A DNA stretch of 64,000 bases from positions 7,316,001-7,380,000 of the forward strand of contig CP158636.1 in assembly GCA_050273025.1 (NCBI GenBank). The letters run 5' to 3'. This stretch comes from Cenococcum geophilum (Eukaryota). Shown here in pieces: positions 13,349 to 25,234 of this stretch. The translations under genes and the position numbers were made by a program. Position 1 is the first letter of the stretch; each line of letters opens with the position of its first letter. Under the pieces are notes generated by a model, which worked only from the letters and a program-made list of their open reading frames with translations, had not been told where the DNA came from and searched no databases.

Positions 13349-16300
13349 TAATAGTAGAGAGCTGTCGCAGCGCGTGTAGCGCGCTGTTGTTGCGACTCTA
13401 TAGTGTTAAGCCCGCGACGCGTATATCGCCCTTAATAACACTAGGAGCCTTACTGCCTCTGCTTAGAGCTCCTATTTTACTATCTAGGGAGGCCTATTAA
13501 GGGAAACTAGGATACGAAAACCACCTAATATATAACTACCTAGCTCGCAGCTAGGCCTGAAACTGGCCTTATTTAGCTAGTCGACGTAAACGCGTCCTAG
13601 GCGTATAATAGGACACCCTTAGGCTTGTACTAGCTCTAAGATTGTAAAGGGAATATAATAAGGGCGTAGGGATCCTCTTTTTATAAGAACTTGTTAAGGT
13701 TAACGCGTTATAGGCACCTTATATAAAACTTATTAAGGCCCTAAGGCTACTATAAAGAACTTATTAAGGCCTTACCTAAAGAACTTATTAAGGCCCCTCT
13801 ATAAGGGCCTATTTGGTATCTAGTATACCTAGGTGACTTAAAAAAGGGTCTTAATAGGCGTAGTGCGCGCGACCTAGATGATAGCAATGTAATAGCGACG
13901 TGACGGCGACTAGACGGCTTAACGAGGTAGAAACACGGGCAAAGCTCTAGGCAGCGGAAACATAGGCCAGCTTTGACGGCCCTATAGCGTCAAAAGGCGA
14001 CTTATAGGAGGGTCTTAATAGGCGTGGTGTACGTAACCTGATATATATATATATGGGGAGGCTCTAAAGGAAACACAGGCTAGTTGGATAAGGACTCGAC
14101 AGTTAGAAATATAGGCACAGCTTATAAAAAGGGGGGATATAAGTTTAGTTAGTAGGAGAGGGGGAAGTAGGTCGTCTAGTACGGGACCTAGTATCTCTAT
14201 AGCCCCCTCCTATAAGATACGGTCGGCCTATTATAAGGAGACTCTTATAGGTAACGTAAAACAGGAGCTAGTAGTGTATAGGGTATTGCGCCCCTATATC
14301 CTATTAGCCCCTATAAGGCGTAGTACATAGTAGCCACTACTAGCTCTAGGGATCTTACCTTTTAACTAGGCTCTAACCTCTAGTATACCTAGTAGGTAGG
14401 TAGGATTATATCCTAGCTAGAGAGACTACTATGTAACTTAAGAGAACGAATACGCGTATTAGTATACTAATAGACGGAACTATTCGCTAGGATGGTATGC
14501 TGGTAAGATATGCTTAAGAAGTAAATAGGAGTTACTTAGGCGGGAGGGGTTTTTAGCCGGGCCTTAACTGTAGAAGGTATATAAGGTGTCTAATAGATAT
14601 GACAAAACTACTGGAAAACTAGGGTAGAGGCCTAGATAAGTAGGTATATTAAACTCTACTATATTACTAGCACTACTAGCTAATATATAACTACTTACCT
14701 AAGACACACTTTAGAGCTAGGAAGTAAAGGTCGACAATATATACGCTATTATATCTCTACGAGGACGTATTTAGAGCGTAAAGAGGAAAGAAGACGCTGT
14801 CTCTAGTATTATTTAATATTAAGGGTATGTATAATAATATGGCTATAGAGCCGGAAATTAGGAGATTATAGCAGCGTTAGATACTTTAGACAATTATATA
14901 ATAGGTATAGGACTTTTATACAAACCGTTAAGCCTATATCCTAGTTAATGGATATATATTAGAGGTGCAGGCGCTCCCACAGGCGGGTCTTTCGCAGGGA
15001 TTAGCACTAGCCCTAATACTCTTTCTATTCTTTAACGCGGATCTTATATAAAGCGCACCTAAAAATAGCAGCTCTATAGCCTTTGTTAACGACTACTCGG
15101 TATAGGTTATAGGCCCTACGGTAGAGAAAAACACGCAGATTATCTAGGACGAGATTATACCGATACTCGAGAAATGGGAGAGGACTAGTAGAGCCCAATT
15201 TAAAGCGAAGAAAACGTTATTTATCTACCTTACTAGATATAAAGAAGTAGGTAGGGATACTACTACGCCGCTCTAATTTAAAGGAAAAGGAATCCCCCCA
15301 ATATAGGAAGTTAAAATCCTTAGGGTAATTCTTAATAAGGAGCTATGGTTTAAGGTATACCTAGCGGATAAAGCAGGTAAGGCTACTAAGGTAGCGCTAG
15401 CGTTGCGCAGATTAAAGGGACTACAGTTTAAGAGCGTTAAGCAGCTAGCTAAGAGCTTAGTCCTACTAGTAGCAGACTACGCGTCGCCGATATAGTACCC
15501 GCTTGCGATATAAGAGTTAAAGCAGCTCCTCTAGTAGGTGTAGAGGATTACGGCATAAGCTATTATTAGGGGGTTTTGCACTGTCACTCTACTAATAGCG
15601 GAGGTAGAAGTAGGCTTGCTCCCTCTTAAGTAAAGGCTATGTAACTAGGCTATCGCGTTCTAGGTATCAATCCATAAACTAGGCAAATTATATTCTTATT
15701 AGATGATTTGAAGATAGAGGCTCTATAGACGGCACCGGTCGCCGCTTTAAAAAATAGTAGAGATATATAAGGATATCTAGGTAAATGGGGTGCTAGAGGT
15801 CAAACCGTATACATGCCCGCCGTAGGTGGCTAAGCCTAATATAGTAATATATAAGGACGAAGAGCATACTCGAGCTATTATTAAAGACTATAAGCTAGGG
15901 CAGGTCGATATATACGTTAATATATTAGTGCGTAATAGCAGGGCAGGAGTTAGCGTGTATGCTACGCCATCTAAAGTAACGCTTTCGAAAACGGTGGCGG
16001 GCTTTAAGTAGGCTAATGCCTACCTAATAGAGCTTCTAGCAATTAGCGAGGCAGCTAACTAGCTATAGGACCCTATATACACAGCTATTAACTAAGTAGG
16101 TTTTCTAATACCTACTTCTAGTATAAGAATATTCTCCAACTTATAATTAGCATTACTATTAGTATAGAGCTAGAGGGCTAGAGCCTGCCAGGAAATAGTT
16201 ATAGAGATCTTAAAGAAGCTCTGGCTGAATAACGTCACGCTATACTAGATTTTAGGCTACTTGGGATTTATAGGAAACGAGAAGGCCGATAAGCTTACTA

Positions 16301-17260
16301 AAGTAGCGACGAGACTAGAGGGCGAGGAGCCACTATAGAAAGACGGCCTTTTATAGTACCTTATAATGCAAGCCTTAAAAAGAGCTAAGATAATAATAGG
16401 ACCACTTCTATTAGGAAGATCTAATACGGGCAAGTTTACAAGGAAGATTAATGCAGTACTCTACCTTAGAAAGGCTGTAGGATTATACTAGTAACTAATT
16501 AGCTCTAAAGCTGCTATCCTTACGCAGCTATAGACCGGTAAGTTATTTCTAAAGGAATATCTCTATAAAATTAATGTATTAAAAACGGCGTTATGCGACT
16601 ATAGGCTTATAGAATTAATATAGCACTTCCTCTTTTCTTATAGGAGGTAGATATAGTAGAGGTTTAAACTAAGAGAGTAGTATAGAGATTGATTTAGGGA
16701 TCTATTATATATATTAGGAGGCTATTTACGCAGATAAGAAGGAGGTAGGAATATTAACGGCCTAATTAAGCGCTAGAAGCTAGACATTAGCGTAGTTAAA
16801 GCTATAATTAAATTTATAAAGGAGACCGGACGTTTATACCTAAGCGTATAAGATATAGAGAGTATAGAAGCCGATATTAATAAGCGAAGACTTTTAAGAA
16901 TTCCCCCTCTAATTATCTAACTAAATATACCGCGAGCCTCCTCTATACGTGCCTCTACTAATACGTCGCCGACTAAGAAGCGTATAACGCTGGAATAGCC
17001 CTACGGATACGAGGTATTGAAAACTACTTACTTAGGCTCGCCTCTAAACTCTGACTTTCTTCTAATAGTAATATATTACTTTCCTTTATTTTTTCCTTAG
17101 TTAAGTAGGGTGTTAAGTAATAGATATATAGTTCTTATAGTTGGCTTTTAAACTAGAGCAAGCATATTAATAGCAGGAAGTATTTAGTTAGCGCTTTATA
17201 ACGGCCTATACCCTAAATAGTATATAGCTATAATAGAATATATATATATATATACATATA
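13261..17260 (+). mobile_element. TSD-bounded LINE-type element: ribozyme + 1.4-kb atypical leader + 5'-truncated ORF2 (RT-RNase H-Zn knuckle)
   Basis: Identical TACGTTTTTAAGGCG at 13246-13260 and 17261-17275. RT runs from ~14680 (HFRARK, SLVLFNIKG, GLSQGLALALILFLFFNADL, AFVND). RNase H motifs are DIYVN...AGV (~15910) and GNEKADKL (~16275). A C-x-C...H...C lies at ~16590-16640, the stop at ~16920, then an (ATAY)n tail. Confidence 0.88.
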
Positions 17261-18049
17261 TACGTTTTTAAGGCGCTACTTTCTTAGAATAAAGATAGGA
17301 AGCTAGCAAGAAGCGGTTCTATTATGGGCTAGTACGTTAGAACTAACAACTCTCTTAGGCTTAGCGTTGTGGCGGTTAAGTACCGCTGTGTTTATACTAC
17401 TAGCCACAGAACTCTCTAATACCCTACTGCTCGGCTATAATAAAGAGCTTACGTTAGATTAGCGTGGCGTAATTACTAAGTCAATTAAAGCGTAAACTCC
17501 CAACCTTAGACCAGCGATAATTACCGTTTAACTTCGCGATACAGCCCGACTTATAGCATGATATACAGCTATATCTACGTCGCAGACTTAGTCGTCGTTC
17601 TTAAGAGTTTGGTAAAATTCTAAAACAACCTAAAGTACGCGTATAGCTACCGTAGATCGTTTTTAGATTTAGTTGTAGTATATAGCGGTGCTGACCCCAC
17701 AGTACTAAGCAAGTGTTTATTAGCAAACTCGCTTCTTGCTTATTTCTAAGGAAAATTTGCAAAGTAGGATAAGTAAGTAGATGCGTTTACTTATCTATTA
17801 TAGTAAATAAAATAATGCAAATAGCGGTAATGTAAGGAAATTAACAGACCAACCTTCCTAGAAGAGGCTAAATATCGCATATACTTGTACTAAAAACCTA
17901 GTCCTAGTTATTACTCTAACGCTTTAGAAAGCATTAGCAAGAAAGTTATTATCTTAAATAGTGCTATTAAACGTACTAGAATAACTACTTTAACTATAAA
18001 AGTATATGTCTTTACTATAAAGTGTATTAGAGCATATTAATAGAACAAG

Positions 18050-19153
18050 TATACCTAATGTTGTTTAAAGACCTTATTAGTGTCGCCCGCTGCGTTTAAT
18101 AGAGTAGAGCTAAGACTAGACCTAATAAGTAGGAACTAAACTATCCTATAAAGAGCGCTGTCGCATCTTTACACTCTCCGATCTTTTACATTAGATACTA
18201 GAAGTAATCGCCACAACTATAAAACTTCCTTAGACAACTATTTAATCTATAATAAAATCCTAAGTCAAAGCCCTAAAAAAGCAAATAGGTAGAAAGCCTG
18301 CTATTATAGGCGAGATTTAGGAACGCCTTATTGCTTATACGACCCTTAACGCTACTTATTGTCAAATGACGTATAAGGAAATCGCTCGGCTAGAAGGTAT
18401 ATAGGCTTATTAGAAAGCCCTTATGGCAATATTTAAGATAGAGTCTTACGGTCGCCGCGTGGCTACCTTAAAACCTCTTCTTACTAAAGCATAAAAGTAA
18501 GTACGTTTAGTATGGGTAATTAAGTATTTAAGCTAGACGCCAGAGCAGTGGGCTTATATTATCTAGACTAATAAGTACTTTTTCTCAACCGAAGGCTTTA
18601 GAAAGGTATATATTACCTAGCGACCAAAAGAGAAGTATAACAATTCTTATTATTCTCCTAAGTTTAGAGATTACTCTTCTTAGACCATCTATAGGAGCAT
18701 TTCAGCGCTTAGTAAAGGAGATATAGTGGTTATTGAAAAGGAATGGGGTAGTGTAACGGGTAAAGTATATAGAGAAAGAGTACTTCCCTAGGTATATCGA
18801 TTTATAAACTAGGTAGCACAACACTTAGAAAACCCTTGGAGGTATATTATTCTAATAGAAGACGGTGCTCCTTAATATACTGCTAAGTTTACGCAACAGC
18901 TCTATAATTTAAATGGTATAGATAAGATGTATTGGCCTACTAATTCTCCTGACTTAAATCCAATAGAGAATGTCTGGCGTTTATTAAAACAGAAAGTGGC
19001 TAAAAGATTTCCGCGTAGCCTTATAGAGTTAAGGCAATGTATAGAGGAAGAGTAGGCAGCATTAGAACTATCTGATTTTACGAGATATATTGGAAATATA
19101 AAAGAACGTTATTAAGATATAGTAGATGCGAAAGGAGGGTATATAAAGTGGTG
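18050..19153 (+). mobile_element. Tc1/mariner-superfamily DD34E transposase pseudogene
   Basis: KPLLT, I*TNK (WTDE), EDGAP*Y, WPTNSPDLNPIENVW and a GGYIKW* end. 34 codons lie between the second D and the E. TIRs were not identified. Confidence 0.9.
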
Positions 19154-19721
19154 AATTTGCAAATCGAAATTAAAAGCAATATTAATAACTATTTAGAATG
19201 GGGATTTAAGATAAACTTCTAACTAGGATTATTATAATTATAGGAACTTGCCAGACACCATCTTTTTAAATATCTTTCCGCATTATTACAGTTATTTAGC
19301 TTGTTATCGTTATTATTAACATCTATATCCGGTATAGTCTCTTAAGAGGTAATCCACAGCTTTTTATTAAAGGAAGAATCTTGCGACGAGGCGCTAAAAC
19401 TACGCCGTCTCCTATAACCCTAGAAATATTGCTCTCCTCTATTATCTTCCCTATCTCCCATTAGAGCTATATAAGCATCCTGTTATTATTTTCGCGGACT
19501 CTAGCTCTGAGATTTGGCCCCCGATATAAGTAGCTGCCTATATTAGTCTTTTAAGAAGTCTATAATACTTATCTCCCTATTACCTACATAAATGCAAAGC
19601 CTCTGCTTAAGGCCCTGCTGCATAAAATTAACGGATTAAGTGAAGATTGTCTACGCAAAGCGTGCCAGAATGTACTAAATAGCAATACTAATAAGTGGCT
19701 GTAGCGACACGTTATAGTAGA

Positions 19722-21680
19722 TGTTGGCTATTAAGGTAGCCCTACTATAGAGGTGCGACGGGTGCTATTTAACATTAGTTTTAATATGTATTATTACTCT
19801 CTAGGGACCCCTATAGGGGGTCAATTCTCTTATATATATTAGGGCTCTTAGAGCCACCTTAAATAAGATAGATCACTTATATAATTCTATATCTCTACCT
19901 ATTAGCTAACTTATATTATTTGTCTTAATACCTATCTAGCTAATAGTTATAAGCCTGGTAACCTTCTAAGTACTAGGGAGATCTTAGTAGCTAGATGACT
20001 ACTACTAAGCCTCTTTAAGCATAGTTTGTTATGAAATATTACATACTTTACGCGTAAGCGCGTCTCTTTACGCAACCTTAAGAAAATAACAAAAGCCACT
20101 ATAGCACCTATAATAACGGACTCTACTAATCCTCTTTTGCTAACCTAAAAAGACTAGCCTATATAGTTTTAATTTATCCGCTAAAAAGCAAGTTTTGTAA
20201 AGATCTGGGACTATATTAACCTAGATAAGACAGAGAACAAAATTAAAGAAAACAATAAGCTAGCCATACCTTTAATAGCAGCAGCTCCTATAGCACCTAT
20301 AGCAGTAGTAACAGCTCCTATAACACTAGCAGTAGATCCTACAGCTCCTGTAGATCTAGTAATAACTCTAGCATCTACTAGAATAGCTACACCTGGGTTA
20401 TTAAGTTAATAAGGATAATAAACTTAGCAATCTCTAAAGACACAGAGAATGCTCTTCAAGCTCTATAAGCTTTAATAACAAGATTACCTAAAACGGGAAG
20501 AGAAGCTCTATACGTTTACAGCACTCTTATATACTACTATAGGCACTAACTTCTCTAGGTATCTTAAGAATCTCACTACACTATATTTAGTTCTAAGACA
20601 GCTAAAGAAGGTAGTAAAGCTATTTTAAGCTACGTTATAGTAAATAGTATTAGACAATTTTAAGAAACGGAAACAAGGGCCTAAACGCTAGATACTGGAG
20701 TCATGGCTTTAGCTTTATATTACTATTATATAGAATAGCAAAGAGCTAGAGGAAGGGTTAATAGAGGTAATGGAGAGCAGCGTTATACAAGCTTTTATCT
20801 AGGACTGTAAAGAGATCTATCTAGCTCTGTATTATACCTTTATTTAAAAGGTAATAAAGAGGTTAGAGAAACTCGAAATGGCGATAATAATTAAGGAATT
20901 TAACCTCCTCTATAAGCATCCAAATACTAGACGTAACGCCTATACTACACTTTTAGGGCAGCTAGCTGCAGATCCTACAACGTCTACTACCCTAGTACCC
21001 TCTTAATCGCCTAAGACAAAGTGCTTTGCTTATAGTTTACCCTATAAGTTAAGGAATTGCAAGTAACTGTTTTAGTCTCTTTAAGGTCCGAACTTTGTAC
21101 TAAATAACGAATATCTATAGAGGTGTTAGGAATGGCTTAAGGTCCTAACAAATAAGTAGTATTATAATAGGAGGCTTAAGCAGATTGAGAGGGAAGGCCC
21201 TAGGTTAAGGACGTCTCTATTAGCTTTGTCTACTGCTAAAAAGATTGAGGATCTAGACCGACCTCGAGCTATAGCGGCGGCTGTAAAAACATCCTTTTTA
21301 TTATTAATATCATTGTAGGATTATCCAGATCTGTCTTTAATTAACGCCTAGGGGTACGACACTATAGCAGACACCCACTTCTGCAACGATATTAGATACT
21401 TCTATAACTTTAAGCTAAGTATATCTATAGCAATAGCTAGAGATTCTAAGGCAGAAATCTATAGATATAGTGATATTAACTTAGCAATTAAGGTAGGCTA
21501 ATAACGCCTAACTCAGTATCTAATATTAAGGAACGTAGTATATACTCCGTATTTTTATACTAATTTGATATCCGCAGTAAAGCTCTATAAGGTCAGAGTA
21601 ATCATTGACCAATTTATAAACTATTTACGCTATAAAGATAACAGAAGCCTATTTGTTAACATTATAGAATACAACTAGTT
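19722..21680 (+). mobile_element. 3'-truncated Ty1/Copia (5' LTR, PBS, gag, protease)
   Basis: LTR 19722-19945 (TGTTGGCT...AGCTAATA) and PBS GTTATAAGCC at 19946. Zn knuckle CFAYSLPYKLRNC at ~21020. Protease motifs A*GYDTIADTHFCND and LRNVVYTPYFYTNLISA at ~21345-21580. Confidence 0.85.
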
Positions 21681-21783
21681 AACAAAATATCCCTAATAGA
21701 TACGAGATTTATAAATGCACTAATTATATAAACAATCTCCTTATAGACGTCTCTTACTTTAGTAATAGTAAATTTATTATATA

Positions 21784-22157
21784 ATGCCTTAAAGCATCCT
21801 ACTTTCTTAGTTTTTCCTCCTACTATCGGCCGTTGGTTTTAGGCGTTTTATCACTAGCCTAGACAACCCTTATTAAGACTACCACAATCCCATTTATAAT
21901 GCTAGCCCTAAGGTTATAGAGAAAGTCCAAACTTAGTACGACAGCATTTGTTATTCCTTTAATTATTAAAACGTAGTATTACAGCTTACGGCCTTCCTTT
22001 CCTCGTCGTTCTTAAAGCGTCTTAAAGCGTTAATCCAGATTACAGCTAATTAAGCTAAGATGTACTACTTAAACAACGTGGGATAATGGTTTCGATATGC
22101 TGTGCTATCTTAAGAAACCCGCGAGTGGATTAAGAGAACTATTAATAAAGGGGAGCG
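21784..22157 (+). pseudogene. N-terminal half of a fungal gasdermin-like (RCD-1/HET-Q1-related) gene, truncated
   Basis: De-RIP reading MPRSILLSQFFLPPSAVGFGRFITSLDNPHQDYHNP...LTAFLSSSFSKRLKA.IQITADQAKMYYLDNVGQWFR.AV...TREWIERTIDEGE. This resembles, from memory, the LGRF...P.QDY..P N-terminus of fungal gasdermin homologs. Similarity stops abruptly at ~22157. Confidence 0.55.
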
Positions 22158-23128
22158 CCTAGCTGTAAGGGGCGCTTAGTTATATAATGCTCTACTATAT
22201 AATAGTTTTACGCGAGGATCCTCTTATTTAAACACGCCTATTTAGACTATGCTAGTTTATCTAGCGATTTGTCTAAGTTAAAAGAATAGTGTCGCTTTAT
22301 AATACTAACGTCCTCCAATCTTTTTAAAGAATGATAAAAGGCACTTTACGACTAAAATTAAGGGAATAGCTAACTAGATTACTTAGGTAATAGCAATTAT
22401 ATACCTAGGCTTACGCCTCACTGTTATTAAGGTATTACGTTAGTAAAGGGTACCAATTTAGGTTTTAAATCGGTATAATTTATAGCCTTTAAAACCTTTT
22501 ATAATAAAGAGTAGTAAGACCCTTAGTATATACTGGCCTTAAGCTATAATAGAGCAGCGCCCGGCAGGCTTTTTAATTAGGCTAACTTAGGATAGGCTAT
22601 AAAAGGGGCTCTTGATTATTTATATGGCATATAGGTGGTTACGATATATTTTTTACTTCATATCTACTAAATAAGTTTTCGCTGCAGCTATACCTAAAAA
22701 ACACAATTATATAACCTACGTCTTTATAAACTCTTCTACTACTTTATATTTCAGTATCGCTTCCTAAAGCTGCTTAATTTATTATCGCAACTTAGTAGTA
22801 TATAGAAGGTCCATTTATACTACAGCTATAGCATTCTTAGGATGGCTCTATCTTTCAATTATCTAGCCTATGGAATGTCGTTTATACTATATATATACAT
22901 TCCTATTCGCTCTTAATAGGTATAGATTTATACTATAACCCTACTTAACCCCGCCAGCTATTCTCATGGCTCCTATATTTGCCATCTCTATGTCTAATGT
23001 AACTTATTCTTGCGGCAGTCTAGCCTAAATAATATAATAACTAAAGATAAGAGCGTGCTTTATATATATAGCTTAACGCGGTAAATCTAGTAAGTTATAC
23101 CCTATCTTAATATACGATAAGTGATAAA

Positions 23129-24131
23129 ATAATAGGTTTAATAAAAAATACTTCTAATCTAGCGGACCTAGTAACATCTACTCTTTAGTTAAGTCGATCG
23201 CTACACCTTATAGCTAGAGGCCTTCTAAGCTAAAGCCCTATACCTAAACTTATAGAACTGCTTAAAGCCCTTAACACGGTATTGGAAAAGCTTGCCTAGA
23301 TATTAACCACGATAAATACTAAATTTATAGCACTAGAGCTTCCTCTGTAAAGTTATAGTAAGTATTATAAAGAGCTTAATAAACAGATTAGTTAGGCGGC
23401 TTAATTAGGTGCTTATAACTGGGCCACATTTAAGTATATAGGCTAGGATATCTTTAGCTTTATATATACTTTAAAAATATATATATCTACTATTGTAATA
23501 AAGATAAGAGACGTTGCGTTATATGTTAAAGGCGTACTTATATAAACTAGAGCTAATACTAAAATAGGTCTGTAGGCAATATTATATTTACTAGAGAATG
23601 CCTTAAGGAATATAAAGAGCTTATTAAAGATACTTAGTCCGCTATCCTTAAAGAACTAAAAAGTAAGGTTTATTAGTTGGGCAAAATAAAACAGTAGCTT
23701 GGTAAATTAATTTTTTTATTACACTACAGGTTAATATATAGTTATTTATTAAACTAGTCTAGGCTATCTATTAGTGGCTACTAGTGGTATATATTTTCTT
23801 AATATAGCCGTAGGGGCCGTTTACCTAGGGTGGAATACTAGTACTATTAATACCGAAAATTTTTAGTACTATATTGACTACCGTTCTATTCTTAACCTAA
23901 TCTTATTATCTGCGTATATATACTATACTTAACATTTCTTAAGATAATCTTTCTCTAAATTTCTTAATATTTAAGTTAAGTAAAGTAATAGAAGAGGCGT
24001 TAGTGATAGAGTCTATCTTAAAAGAGTTGACTATAGATAATTACGACGACGGGTTAGATGGACTTGTTAATAGGAGTTTAGAGAGCGACGTATTCGTTTA
24101 AGATAAAATTAAGGGGAAATTTAACGTGTAA
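23129..24131 (+). pseudogene. HeLo-like N-terminal (fungal STAND N-term, Helo_like_N/SesA-type) domain gene
   Basis: De-RIP reading LADLVTSTLQLSRSL...LVELLEALDTVLEKL...FTALELPLQSCGKCCKEL...DWATFEYMGQDIFSF...YISTI matches the family pattern PL..CG..C.E...W....YMG.DI..F. There is a probable intron at ~23660-23730 and an acidic C-terminus. Confidence 0.72.
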
Positions 24132-25234
24132 GTTCTTTAAAGTTCTCTAGAGATAATAGGGTGGCATTAAATAATAGTAATGATGAGCTTGGCCTTATAT
24201 AAGAGTTTCAAATAACTGTTACTTAGGAAGTAAGTTAGAAGGGCTTAAACTACATAACCTTAATACTATATTTAATTAAAGTTAAAATCGCATTAAATGC
24301 AATAAGATAGCATACGATAGTTAAGCATTAATTTATTTCCTACTGCTGATAAGATATAAATACTAGTTAGTATACCCTATAGCGATAAGGTAACTGCGCC
24401 TATAGGAAGATAAAAAACTACTAAATGTGCGACCTAAGGGATCGCGGACGCTTTATTAATATAATAAACTTTATAATAAAGACGAATATAAAGGAGGGTA
24501 GTATTCGCGTCGCTAGGCTTTACTTATAGTAGGTCCCTTATTTAAACTAGCTGGTTTATAGAGAGTGCGCTACGTATTTAGGGATTACAAAATAAATTTT
24601 CTACTTTAAAGTTCCCTTATAAAGATCCTTATATAGTCCTAGCTGGCATTTACCCCGCTATTAGAAACTCTTAGCATCTACCCTACTAACCTTTACCTTT
24701 ATATACCATTCTATAGTGAAAAGCGCGTTTAAACGCTAACTTCTCTCTTTATTCGCGTTAAAAATTAAACGCCTTTTAAATAAGGGTGTGGCTGAAGCGG
24801 GTCGGCCGCCCTCCCTACTAGCGTAATTATATATTTACGTTTATCCTTAAACGCCTCTATAAAATAGAGATTTAAAAATAATAATAATAGGTAATTAGAT
24901 ATAGGTAAAGTATAAATACGCCTTTTATATTTATAACGTTAAAATATCCTAATAAATCCTAAATCCTAAATCCTATAACTGTTATTATACTAAAAGGAAA
25001 ACTAAGTATAATAAGATTATCTTAAAACGCTAAATAAGAAGGCCGATACTCTAGAGGGAGCTAAAGTAGCTTTAATTTTTTAAAAGTAATCTAATTGTCC
25101 TTAATAAAAAGAGTGCTATTATAGTTCGGTTTTATAACCTAGAGGTTACTATTAATTATAAATAAGCCTTTATTAGTGTAAAGGTATAAACTATCCTTAG
25201 AAAATACTAGAGTAGAAATAAAGTAATTTTTAAA

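Noticed and set aside
17680..19320. TIRs/TA TSD for the Tc1 element
   Set aside because: No convincing inverted pair was found by eye.
22153..22178. Second HDV-like ribozyme (7-bp stem opened by G.U)
   Set aside because: The loop is too short to hold P2, P3 and L3.
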